A stretch of DNA of 64,000 bases, taken from contig CAVQFQ010000016.1 of the NCBI GenBank assembly GCA_963711835.1, positions 86,359 to 150,358 on the forward strand. The letters run 5' to 3'. The position numbers were made by a program, and so were the translations under genes. Shown here piece by piece: positions 28,779-37,288 of this stretch (positions are counted from its first letter, which is position 1; every line of letters begins with the position of its first letter). Source of the stretch: an uncultured delta proteobacterium (GTDB lineage: Bacteria > Desulfobacterota > RBG-13-43-22). The notes below the pieces were generated by a model. The model searched no databases, was not told the DNA's origin, and was given only the letters and a program-made list of their open reading frames with translations.

Positions 28779-30371
28779 ATGAATCTGCAACGACCCAATT
28801 CCAATGATGCCACCAGGACCTTCAACCGGTCCAAGAATGTGGTGCCTATGAGCGGTATTTGTTCCCGATGCATCGACGGCTGTAGGGGAAACTGTGAGGT
28901 TTTTAAGGCCACCTTCCGGGGCCGGGAATTAATCTATCCCGGGCCTTTCGGCGACATAACCGCCGGAGGCGATAAGGATTATCCGCTGGACTACTCCCAC
29001 CTGAATATCCACGGCTACGCCTTAGGGGCCAAGGGTCTTCCGGCCGGGGTGGTTGGTGATCCGGATACGGCCCGGTTTCCGTCTGTCAATACGGAAACCG
29101 ATTACGGGTGGGAAATCAAGGTTAAAATGGCCCTGCCGATATTCACCGGGGCCCTGGGTTCGACCGAGATCGCCCGTAAAAACTGGGAACATTTTGCCGT
29201 GGGAGCCGCTATCTCCGGCGTGACCGCTGTCTGCGGTGAGAATGTCTGCGGGATTGATCCGGGGCTGGTCTTGGATAAAAACAATAAGATCGTCCTGTCG
29301 CCTGATATGGACCGCCGGATTGAAGCCTACCGGCGTTATTACCGAGGATTGGGCGAGATCCTGATCCAGATGAACGTCGAGGATACCCGCCTGGGAGTGG
29401 CCGAGTATATCATCAACAAGCACCAGATCCAGACCATCGAACTGAAATGGGGCCAGGGAGCCAAATGCATCGGGGGCGAGATTAAGGTTAATTCTCTGGA
29501 AAGGGCCCTGGAGCTGCAAAAGAGGGGCTATATCGTAACGCCCGACCCCTCCGATCCGGTCAGCCAGGCCGCTTTTAAAAACGGGGCCATAAAAGAATTT
29601 GAACGCCACAGCCGCCTGGGATTTATCGATGAAGAAGGCTTCTACGCCGAGGTGGAGCGGTTACGAAATCTGGGTTTCAAACGAATTACCCTCAAGACCG
29701 GGGCTTACGGACTTCGGGAATTGGCCATGGCCCTGAAATGGGGATCCAAGGCCAAAATTGATCTCCTGACCATTGACGGCGCCCCGGGTGGAACCGGCAT
29801 GAGTCCCTGGCGGATGATGGAAGAATGGGGCATGCCTGCCCTGTATTTACATTCGGCCGCCTATGAATTTGCGGAGCTCTTGACTAAAAAAGGGGAACGG
29901 GTCCCTGACCTGGCCTTTGCCGGCGGTTTCAGTTCCGAGGACGGGATCTTCAAGGCCCTGGCCTTGGGCGCTCCGTATGTCAAGGCCATCTGCATGGGCC
30001 GGGCCCTGATGATCCCGGGCATGGTCGGCAAGAATATTGCGCAATGGATAAAAAATAAGGACCTGCCCAAGACCGTGAGCGAATTCGGCTCTACGGTGGA
30101 AGAAATTTTTATCAATTATGCGGATGTGGCGAATATCGTAGGCCCGGCGGAGATAAAAAATATCCCTCTGGGGGCGGTCGGTATTTACAGCTACGCCAAC
30201 AAACTCCAGGTCGGGTTGCAGCAATTAATGGCCGGGGCCCGCTGCTTCAATCTGGAGGCCATCAGCCGGAAAGACCTCATGGCCTTGACCGAAGAATGCG
30301 CCAAGGTGACCGGAATTTCCTATCTCATGGATTCCTACCGGGAGGAAGCCCTGGCTGTTTTAAACGGCTAA
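28779..30371 (+). CDS. FMN-binding glutamate synthase family protein (stand-alone GltB FMN domain)
   Basis: IELKWGQGAK..GGE, LTIDGAPGGTG, AGG, KALALGA, MGRA; N-terminal CSRCIDGC..NC; AAGGAGG RBS. Confidence 0.9.
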   Translation: MNLQRPNSNDATRTFNRSKNVVPMSGICSRCIDGCRGNCEVFKATFRGRELIYPGPFGDITAGGDKDYPLDYSHLNIHGYALGAKGLPAGVVGDPDTARFPSVNTETDYGWEIKVKMALPIFTGALGSTEIARKNWEHFAVGAAISGVTAVCGENVCGIDPGLVLDKNNKIVLSPDMDRRIEAYRRYYRGLGEILIQMNVEDTRLGVAEYIINKHQIQTIELKWGQGAKCIGGEIKVNSLERALELQKRGYIVTPDPSDPVSQAAFKNGAIKEFERHSRLGFIDEEGFYAEVERLRNLGFKRITLKTGAYGLRELAMALKWGSKAKIDLLTIDGAPGGTGMSPWRMMEEWGMPALYLHSAAYEFAELLTKKGERVPDLAFAGGFSSEDGIFKALALGAPYVKAICMGRALMIPGMVGKNIAQWIKNKDLPKTVSEFGSTVEEIFINYADVANIVGPAEIKNIPLGAVGIYSYANKLQVGLQQLMAGARCFNLEAISRKDLMALTEECAKVTGISYLMDSYREEALAVLNG

Positions 30372-30380
30372 TAACCCTTT

Positions 30381-30428
30381 TTGGCCGGGGTGTTTCCTCC
30401 TTGACCAAAGGAAGAACACTCCGGCCAA
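30381..30428. terminator. Hairpin between convergent genes
   Basis: TTGGCCGGGGTGTT...AACACTCCGGCCAA. Confidence 0.6.
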
Positions 30429-30431
30429 CCT

Positions 30432-31730
30432 TCATTTAATTTTTATCCAGAGCAGCCTGGCGATTTCCTCTCCCGAATTTTTCCATTCCAACGGGATCTC
30501 CGAACGCAAGATCATCAGATCCCCTTCCTTCAAAGTATAGATTCCCTTTTCCAGCTTGACCTGTAATTCCCCCGAGAGCAGGTATCCCATTTCCTCTCCT
30601 TTATGGGTGAAGAAGTGGCCGGAAAAGGATTTCCTGGGGTTTATTTCCACAAGGAAGGGCTCCACCCTGGATTCCAAATCCACTGGAGTGAGCAGCAAGC
30701 CCCGGATACTGTCCTCGGGAAGGCTGGGAAATTTTATTTTTACTCCTTCCCTGGCGGGAAAGATGGCCGGTTTGTTTTCGCCGCCCTTCTCTTGAAAAAA
30801 GGCGCCGGCTTGCACCGATAATACCTCCGCCATCTTCAATAGACCGGGTAAAGAGGGATAGATCATATTGCTTTCAATCTGGGAAATGGTGCTTGGAGTC
30901 ACTCCGACCAACTGGGCCAGTTCGGTCTGAGACAGCCCCCGCTTGCCCCGCAGTTCCTTGAGGCGCAATCCGAAATCAAGGCCGCTGGCGGACCGCCTTT
31001 CCGTCCCAAAGGTCACGGATCCGTCTTTGACCCAATAATGAAAGGGTTTCTGGAGATGGTCCAAATTCCGCTTTTCGGCCTTAAGAATGGTCAGGGAAGT
31101 GGTTCCCCTCTTAATGGCGAGTTCGACGACCACCTGGGCGATCTGGTTGATCTGGGCCCGGAAACGGGGGGAATGGGCCTTTTTTTCCATAATCCAATAG
31201 GCCACCGTGTTCAATTCATATAGCCGGGGGCAGGAATGAGAATAGAAGTTGAGGACCTGTTCTTCTCCCCCCCAGAGTTCGGCCATGCCGGTTAAGCTCT
31301 CAAAGACCAACCGGACATCGCCCTCCATGGCGGCGTGAAGATTGTACAGGGTTTCCATGACCTTGTTTACCTGGCGGGGGTCTTTAACTTGGATAAGGGA
31401 GGCCGGGGTTCGGGGGCCGATCTCATCATAAAATTTGAGGAAAACCGTTGAACCGGCCCCTTTCCCAAAGGTAAAGCAGTCCAGGATGGTCAGGGCCGGA
31501 TAATCCGCCAGGGGGCCTAATTTTTCTATCAGGTTCCTCGGAGAACGGTCGAAGGTAATATAAATAATCGGCTTGTCCTGGTTTTGGGAGGCCTGAATGA
31601 AATTAAGGCAAAAGACCGAGGCCAGGCTGCCGGCATCATCGTACCAGACGACATTGTCCCCGATAAAAAGCCCTTCCAGAAAGAGATCCAATTGGCTGAG
31701 ACCGGAGGTGACTCGTAATCGTTCCGACAT
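30432..31730 (-). CDS. Regulator: degenerate KaiC/RecA-like domain + XRE HTH + cupin
   Basis: TSGLSQLD..L.GL..GD N-terminus, VFESLT; LSQTELAQLVGVTPSTISQIE HTH; HKGEEMGYLLSG cupin. Confidence 0.85.
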   Translation of the reverse strand: MSERLRVTSGLSQLDLFLEGLFIGDNVVWYDDAGSLASVFCLNFIQASQNQDKPIIYITFDRSPRNLIEKLGPLADYPALTILDCFTFGKGAGSTVFLKFYDEIGPRTPASLIQVKDPRQVNKVMETLYNLHAAMEGDVRLVFESLTGMAELWGGEEQVLNFYSHSCPRLYELNTVAYWIMEKKAHSPRFRAQINQIAQVVVELAIKRGTTSLTILKAEKRNLDHLQKPFHYWVKDGSVTFGTERRSASGLDFGLRLKELRGKRGLSQTELAQLVGVTPSTISQIESNMIYPSLPGLLKMAEVLSVQAGAFFQEKGGENKPAIFPAREGVKIKFPSLPEDSIRGLLLTPVDLESRVEPFLVEINPRKSFSGHFFTHKGEEMGYLLSGELQVKLEKGIYTLKEGDLMILRSEIPLEWKNSGEEIARLLWIKIK

Positions 31731-31741
31731 GGTTGGGCCTT

Positions 31742-32404
31742 TCACCTTCCTTGAGGGTTCGTTCCGATGGAGCCCCGGCGCTGCCGCACTATTTCTATTA
31801 GGCCGGGCAGGATAGAAATAAAAATGATGGCCAGGATAACGAAGGTAAAATTTCTTTTGACCAAGGGGATGTTACCGAAAAAGTAGCCCCCAAAAATAAA
31901 AACGGCGATCCAGGCGATTCCGCCTATGACATTAAAGGAAATGAAGCGGAAGTAGGTCATTTGCCCGATCCCGGCTACAAAAGGAGCGAAGGTTCGAATG
32001 ATAGGGATAAAACGGGCAATAATGATGGTCTTGCCGCCGTGTTTTTCATAAAAAGCATGGGTTCGATCCAGGTACTCCTTCTTAAAAAATCGAACCTTCT
32101 CCCGGTGAAAAATTTTCGGCCCGACCAAATTCCCCGCCCAGTAATTAACCGTATCCCCGGCTACGGCAGCCAGGCTTAACAAGAGAAATAACCAGAGGGG
32201 CTCCAAGGCCCCGGTTGCGGCAAAAGCCCCGGCGGCAAAGAGCAAGGAATCCCCGGGCAGGATCGGCGTGATCACCAGACCTGTTTCGAAAAAAATGATC
32301 AGGAAGAGCAGCAGGTAGGTCCAGAGGCCAAAGTCCCGAAGAAACCCATTCAGATGCTGATCAAGGTGTAAGATGAGATCCAGTCCGTAGGTTATCCATT
32401 CCAT
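31742..32404 (-). CDS. dedA: DedA family membrane protein
   Basis: FETGL..PILPGDSLLFAAG, GDTVNY, ARFIPIIRTFAPF.AG. Confidence 0.93.
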   Translation of the reverse strand: MEWITYGLDLILHLDQHLNGFLRDFGLWTYLLLFLIIFFETGLVITPILPGDSLLFAAGAFAATGALEPLWLFLLLSLAAVAGDTVNYWAGNLVGPKIFHREKVRFFKKEYLDRTHAFYEKHGGKTIIIARFIPIIRTFAPFVAGIGQMTYFRFISFNVIGGIAWIAVFIFGGYFFGNIPLVKRNFTFVILAIIFISILPGLIEIVRQRRGSIGTNPQGR

Positions 32405-32620
32405 GGTGTTCAGGCCATCCCTTTCCCTTGCTCTTCTTCAACGGCTATTGAGGTACCTTTTCCTTCCGGCTTCAGGAAAGGCTTTGATTATCTATATCAT
32501 ATTTTAGGGAGGACCTTCAAGCGAAGGTGAATATCCATGGAGAACCGGAAAAAGACCGCGGCAAAGGGGGACTTTTCGAAATGGGATTCAGGAAGAGAAT
32601 GCTTGCCCGATTCCTAAAAT

Positions 32621-32674
32621 AAAAAAAGGAAGGTACAACGGAATTTCCCCTGAAGAGGGGAATTCCCTCCTTCC
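32621..32674 (-). terminator. Intrinsic terminator of the histone-like gene
   Basis: On the minus strand, GGAATTCCCCT-cttc-AGGGGAAATTCC stem followed by CCTTCC and a T-tract. Confidence 0.6.
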
Positions 32675-32728
32675 CTTGGTGAAGGTTGGTTGACTTTTAA
32701 ACGGCCTTACAGAACAACAACCAGTGGG

Positions 32729-32935
32729 CTACTTCTTCTTAGCCGGGGCCTTCTTGGCTGGTGCCTTTTTGGCCGCAGGTTTTGCAGCGGCTTTTTTAGC
32801 CGGGGCCTTCTTGGCCGGAGCTTTTTTAGCCGTTGCCTTCTTGCTTGGGCTCTTTACGGTTTTGGCGGCCTTCTTAGGGGCGGCCTTCACCGTCTTTTTC
32901 TTTGCCGGAGCCTTTGCTTTTTTGGTTGCTGCCAT
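32729..32935 (-). CDS. Histone H1-like Lys/Ala/Pro-rich DNA-binding protein
   Basis: 68 aa of PAKK/AKKA repeats; AAAGGAGG RBS; own promoter and terminator. Confidence 0.85.
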   Translation of the reverse strand: MAATKKAKAPAKKKTVKAAPKKAAKTVKSPSKKATAKKAPAKKAPAKKAAAKPAAKKAPAKKAPAKKK

Positions 32936-32948
32936 TTTTTGTCCTCCT

Positions 32949-33001
32949 TTCCCATATATAGTATTTGATGCAAATTTATAGTACTATATATGGTATGTCA
33001 A
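32949..33001 (-). promoter_or_regulatory. Sigma70 promoter overlapped by two NrdR-box-like sites
   Basis: TTGACA (33001-32996)-17bp-TAAATT; cores CCATATATAG (32952-32961) and CTATATATGG (32984-32993), 32 bp apart. Confidence 0.65.
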
Positions 33002-33183
33002 GAAAAAAATACATTTTTTTATAAAAATTTTTATTTTTATTGAAAATTTCTTTCCGGAAGATTTTTTTCCAGATCAGGGGTCGCATTTATTCTTCCTTTT
33101 ATCTCTTTAGAGGTTAAAAGGCCGTCTTTTATTCCATTAAAAAAAATCAGGATCGGAGACGCTAACCACTGCGGAAACCCTAT

Positions 33184-34215
33184 TCAACGTCCAACCGCTT
33201 CGGGCATCAAGCCCAGGCCATCCAAAGGCATGCGGCACTTAGGACAGGCCCCCTGATCGAGGTTGTTTTTTAAAATACTAAATCCATAGCGATCCAAGAG
33301 GAGATGACCGCACTGGTGGCAATAGGTTTTTTCCCCACGATCCCCTGGAACATTGCCGGTATAAACGTAGCGCAATCCGGCTTCTTTCCCGGCCTCCCAG
33401 GCCCGCTGTAAGGTCGTGACCGGCGTAATCGTCAGGTCGGTCAAACGATAGGTGGGATGAAAACGACTGATGTGCCAGGGCGTCTCCGGTCCCAGTTCCT
33501 GCGCCAGGAAACGGGCCAATTCTTTCAGTTCATCCAAAGAATCGTTCAAGGTGGGGATGATGAGGGTGGTTACCTCGACCCAGATCCCCAGCTTCTTCAT
33601 CAGACGCAGGCTATCCAGAACAGGCGCCAGCTTGGCCCCGCACTGGGTTTTATAAAACTTTTCGCGGAAGGCCTTCAGATCCACGTTGGCGGCCTGGAGG
33701 TGGGGTTGGATGGCTTCCAAGGCTTGGGAGGTCATATAGCCGTTGGAGACAAAAACATTTTTTAAGCCCCGGGCATGGGCTAAAAGGGCTATGTCCTGGG
33801 CATACTCAAAAAAAATCGTCGGTTCGGTATAGGTATAGGAAATGGATCGGCACCCCGAACTCAAGGCAGCGGCAACGATTTCTTCCGGAGAGACCTCCTC
33901 TCCCCGAATGGTTTTTTGGTCGCGTGGTTGGGAGATGTCGGCATTCTGGCAAAAAAGACAGCGGAAATTGCAGCCGGCGGTGGCCAGGGAAAAAGACCGG
34001 GAGCCGGGCAGAAAATGGAAAAGCGGCTTTTTTTCAATGGGGTCCACATGGTGGGCAATGGGTTTGCCGTAGACCAGGGAATAGAGGACCCCGCCTTGGT
34101 TTTCCCGGACCCAACAGATCCCGCGCTGTCCCTCCTTAATCAGGCAATGATGGCTGCACAAAAAACAGTGGACCTTTTGATCCTTTTCTTTTTCATAAAA
34201 ACGCGCTTCGATCAT
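33184..34215 (-). CDS. amrS: AmmeMemoRadiSam system radical SAM enzyme
   Basis: C.LC.H.C, DPIEKKPLFHFLPG, GCNFRCLFCQN, SYTYTEP, RFHP.Y, YVYTGNV. Confidence 0.93.
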   Translation of the reverse strand: MIEARFYEKEKDQKVHCFLCSHHCLIKEGQRGICWVRENQGGVLYSLVYGKPIAHHVDPIEKKPLFHFLPGSRSFSLATAGCNFRCLFCQNADISQPRDQKTIRGEEVSPEEIVAAALSSGCRSISYTYTEPTIFFEYAQDIALLAHARGLKNVFVSNGYMTSQALEAIQPHLQAANVDLKAFREKFYKTQCGAKLAPVLDSLRLMKKLGIWVEVTTLIIPTLNDSLDELKELARFLAQELGPETPWHISRFHPTYRLTDLTITPVTTLQRAWEAGKEAGLRYVYTGNVPGDRGEKTYCHQCGHLLLDRYGFSILKNNLDQGACPKCRMPLDGLGLMPEAVGR

Positions 34216-34286
34216 GGCTCTCTCCGGTCATCTATTTTCGGGATCAAGACCCCAGGTTACTAATCAGGTCATGGTGGAACAACCGC

Positions 34287-35966
34287 CTATTTTTTATTCC
34301 CGAAGTCTTCTTTAAAAACGGCCCCGGTGCTGCCGGAGGTGACCAACTGGGCATAGCGGTAAGCGTACCCGGACTTAATTTTAGGCGCCGGAGGACGCCA
34401 GGCCTTCCGGCGTTCCCGGAGGGTTTTTTCAGGGACTCGAAGGGAAAGTTTCTTGCCCGGGATATCGATCTCGATAAGATCCCCTTCCCTGACCAGGGCA
34501 ATAGGTCCCCCGGCCGCCGCCTCAGGGGAAACATGTCCGATGGCCGCCCCCTGGGTTCCTCCGCTAAACCGGCCGTCGGTGATGAGGGCCACCTCCCCGC
34601 CCAGGCCCATTCCGATAATAGCTGAGGTGGGAGAAAGCATCTCCTGCATTCCGGGGCCTCCTTTGGGTCCTTCATAACGGATGACCACCACATCTCCCGG
34701 TCTGATCTTCTTCCCCAAGATGGCTTTTTGGGCCTCCTGCTCGGAATTATAGACCCGGGCCGGGCCTTGATGGACCATCATTTCCGAAGCCACCGCCGAT
34801 TGTTTGACCACCGAACCTTCCGGAGCCAGGTTTCCATACAAGACGGCGATACCCCCCTCGGCATGGTAAGGAGAGGTGACCGGTCGAATAACCTCGGGGT
34901 TCCGAACGGCCCGGCCTTTAAGATTTTGTTCCAGAGAAGATCCGGTTACGGTCAGGACCCGGGTATCAAGGGCTTTAATCTTGGTCAACTCCGCCATAAG
35001 CGCCGGAATACCGCCGGCCTCGTCCAGGTCCTGGAGACTGTGGGGGCCGGCCGGAATCAAATTGCAGAGATGGGGCGTTTTTTTGCTGATCTGATTAAAT
35101 AAGACCAGGGGCAAAGCCAAGCGGGCCTCGTGGGCCATGGCCGGAACATGAAGAACGGTATTGGTAGAACAGCCTAAGGCCATATCGACCGCAATGGCAT
35201 TGCGAAAAGCGGCTTTGGTGGCGATATCCCGGGGGCGGATATTTTTGGCCAGCAGTTCCATGACCTTGACCCCGGCCTGCTTGGCCAAACGGATCCGGGC
35301 CGCGGCTACAGCGGGAATGGTTCCGTTACCGGGCAACCCCAGTCCAATGGCCTCGGTCAGACAATTCATGGAATTGGCGGTAAACATGCCGGCGCAGGAG
35401 CCGCAGCCCGGGCAGGCCTCCTCTTCCAAATCCAGAAGGTCCCGGGCTTTCATTTTCCCGGCTTTGACCTGACCGACGCCTTCAAAGACGCTGATCAGAT
35501 GGACATTCTTTCCTTGCCAGCGTCCGGTCAGCATAGGCCCCCCACTGACCATCAAGGCCGGGATATTCAAGCGCAGCATAGCCATCAGCATGCCGGGGAT
35601 GATTTTGTCGCAGTTGGGGATCAGGACCAGGGCATCAAACGGATGAGCCCGGGCCATTACTTCTACGGAATCGGCAATCAGCTCCCGGCTGGCCAACGAA
35701 TATTTCATGCCCTCGTGGTTCATGGCCAGGCCGTCGCAGACCCCAATAGTGGAGAATTCGATGGGGGTCCCACCGGCCATACGGACGCCGTCCTTGACGG
35801 CCTGGGAAATCCGGTCGAGATGGATATGGCCCGGGATGATCTCATTGGCCGAATTGGCGATGCCGATCAAAGGACGGGCAATCTCCTCAGAAGTATACCC
35901 CATGGCTTTGAGCAGGGATCGATGGGGGCTTTTTTCTATTCCTTTTTTCATTACATCACTTCGCAT
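34287..35966 (-). CDS. ilvD: Dihydroxy-acid dehydratase
   Basis: [50 protein letters not shown]. Confidence 0.97.
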   Translation of the reverse strand: MRSDVMKKGIEKSPHRSLLKAMGYTSEEIARPLIGIANSANEIIPGHIHLDRISQAVKDGVRMAGGTPIEFSTIGVCDGLAMNHEGMKYSLASRELIADSVEVMARAHPFDALVLIPNCDKIIPGMLMAMLRLNIPALMVSGGPMLTGRWQGKNVHLISVFEGVGQVKAGKMKARDLLDLEEEACPGCGSCAGMFTANSMNCLTEAIGLGLPGNGTIPAVAAARIRLAKQAGVKVMELLAKNIRPRDIATKAAFRNAIAVDMALGCSTNTVLHVPAMAHEARLALPLVLFNQISKKTPHLCNLIPAGPHSLQDLDEAGGIPALMAELTKIKALDTRVLTVTGSSLEQNLKGRAVRNPEVIRPVTSPYHAEGGIAVLYGNLAPEGSVVKQSAVASEMMVHQGPARVYNSEQEAQKAILGKKIRPGDVVVIRYEGPKGGPGMQEMLSPTSAIIGMGLGGEVALITDGRFSGGTQGAAIGHVSPEAAAGGPIALVREGDLIEIDIPGKKLSLRVPEKTLRERRKAWRPPAPKIKSGYAYRYAQLVTSGSTGAVFKEDFGNKK

Positions 35967-36040
35967 GCCTGGCTCCTTTTTTTATTCGGATGGTAAAAAA
36001 TGGCCCTTATTCTGGATTCTGATCAGCGGGTGTTGTTCTT

Positions 36041-37069
36041 TTATTTTTCGCTTAAGGTCTGATCGAGTATTTCGATTTTGGCCTTTTTCCGAAGATCATT
36101 TACATAGGCCCCAACCGCCTCGTTGGTCTTTTTGTTTTTGATTTCCCGTTCCAATGATCCGCGCACCTCTGACAGAGGCGTGACCCCGGCCGGCTTTTTC
36201 CCGTAAACCTGGATCAGATGAAAACCGAACTGGGTTTCCACAATCTCGCTGACTTCCCCTTCTTTGAGGGAAAAAGCGACCTTCTCAAACTCAGGGACCA
36301 TCCGGCCTTTGGCAAAATAGCCCAAATCCCCCCCCCGTGCCTTGCTCGGGCAATCCGACTGGGTTTTAGCCGCTTCAGCGAAATCCTTGCCGGCCAGGAT
36401 TTCCTGGCGGATGGAAGCTATCTTTTCTTTGGCCGTTTTCTTCTGATCATCGCCGGCCTCTTTGGGAATCCGGATCAGAATGTGACGAGCCCCCACCTGA
36501 TCCCCATGCTTAAACCGGTCCGGGGTGGCCTGGTAAGCAGCCTGGATCTCCTCCTCGCTGACTTTGATGGAAGGAATTACCTTTTTATTGATATTGGCCT
36601 GAAGGACAAAGTTCTTTTTGATATTCTCCCGGGCCAGGCGACGATCCAGGCCTTCTTTCTCCAATTGGGCCTCAAACTGCTCTTTAGAGCCAGCCTGCTT
36701 TTCAGCCATGGCTAGCATGGAATCTACCTGTTGTTCAACGTCGGTTAACCCCAGATCCCGGCTGTCCTGATAAAGCAGTTCGACCGCCAGGTATTGATCA
36801 AAGGCCTTCCGGCGCAGGACATTGGCCGGCTCGGCAGCGATGCTTTTCTCCCCGAAATGCCGCCGCATTTCGCGGATCATCATCGCCAGGTCTTTTTCAT
36901 AAATTTTGGTCCCGTTTACCAGGGCTACCGGATTTTCAACCTTCCCGGCCCCGGTCGCTTCAGTGGGGGATCCGCTTGAAAGTTGAGACCGGCCTTCCGG
37001 AGGAAAAAGAATCAGAGTGCTTAAACCCAAGAGGGCAAACAAGACCGGGCTCAGGTGCTTCCGCTTCAT
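36041..37069 (-). CDS. Periplasmic PpiC-type peptidyl-prolyl isomerase (SurA/PrsA-like)
   Basis: Signal peptide, VALVNG, ARHILI, SDCPSKARGGDLG, ETQFGFHLI. Confidence 0.92.
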   Translation of the reverse strand: MKRKHLSPVLFALLGLSTLILFPPEGRSQLSSGSPTEATGAGKVENPVALVNGTKIYEKDLAMMIREMRRHFGEKSIAAEPANVLRRKAFDQYLAVELLYQDSRDLGLTDVEQQVDSMLAMAEKQAGSKEQFEAQLEKEGLDRRLARENIKKNFVLQANINKKVIPSIKVSEEEIQAAYQATPDRFKHGDQVGARHILIRIPKEAGDDQKKTAKEKIASIRQEILAGKDFAEAAKTQSDCPSKARGGDLGYFAKGRMVPEFEKVAFSLKEGEVSEIVETQFGFHLIQVYGKKPAGVTPLSEVRGSLEREIKNKKTNEAVGAYVNDLRKKAKIEILDQTLSEK

Positions 37070-37212
37070 ATAAAAACCTCCTGCAAATAGATAATTTTTT
37101 CCTCCCGGCGGATGAAGCATCCTCCTCTGACCCAAGAAGAAATTGTGATTGTTATTATAGGGTGGACTCGTCAAAAGTCAAGCTGCCCGGAACCGGGGGA
37201 GTACTTTCAGCC

Positions 37213-37241
37213 TTGACAGCATGGTCGGGCTTTTTTAGAAT
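37213..37241 (+). promoter_or_regulatory. Sigma70-like promoter
   Basis: TTGACA-17bp-TAGAAT upstream of the acyl-CoA ligase. Confidence 0.65.
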
Positions 37242-37288
37242 GGCCTCCCAATTCAAAAATCAGACATCCCGGTTTCCCCTGAAATCGA

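Noticed and set aside
32690-32981. Hydrophobic plus-strand ORFs (AGAFL repeats)
   Set aside because: Reverse complement of the Lys/Ala-rich gene, which has the RBS, promoter and terminator
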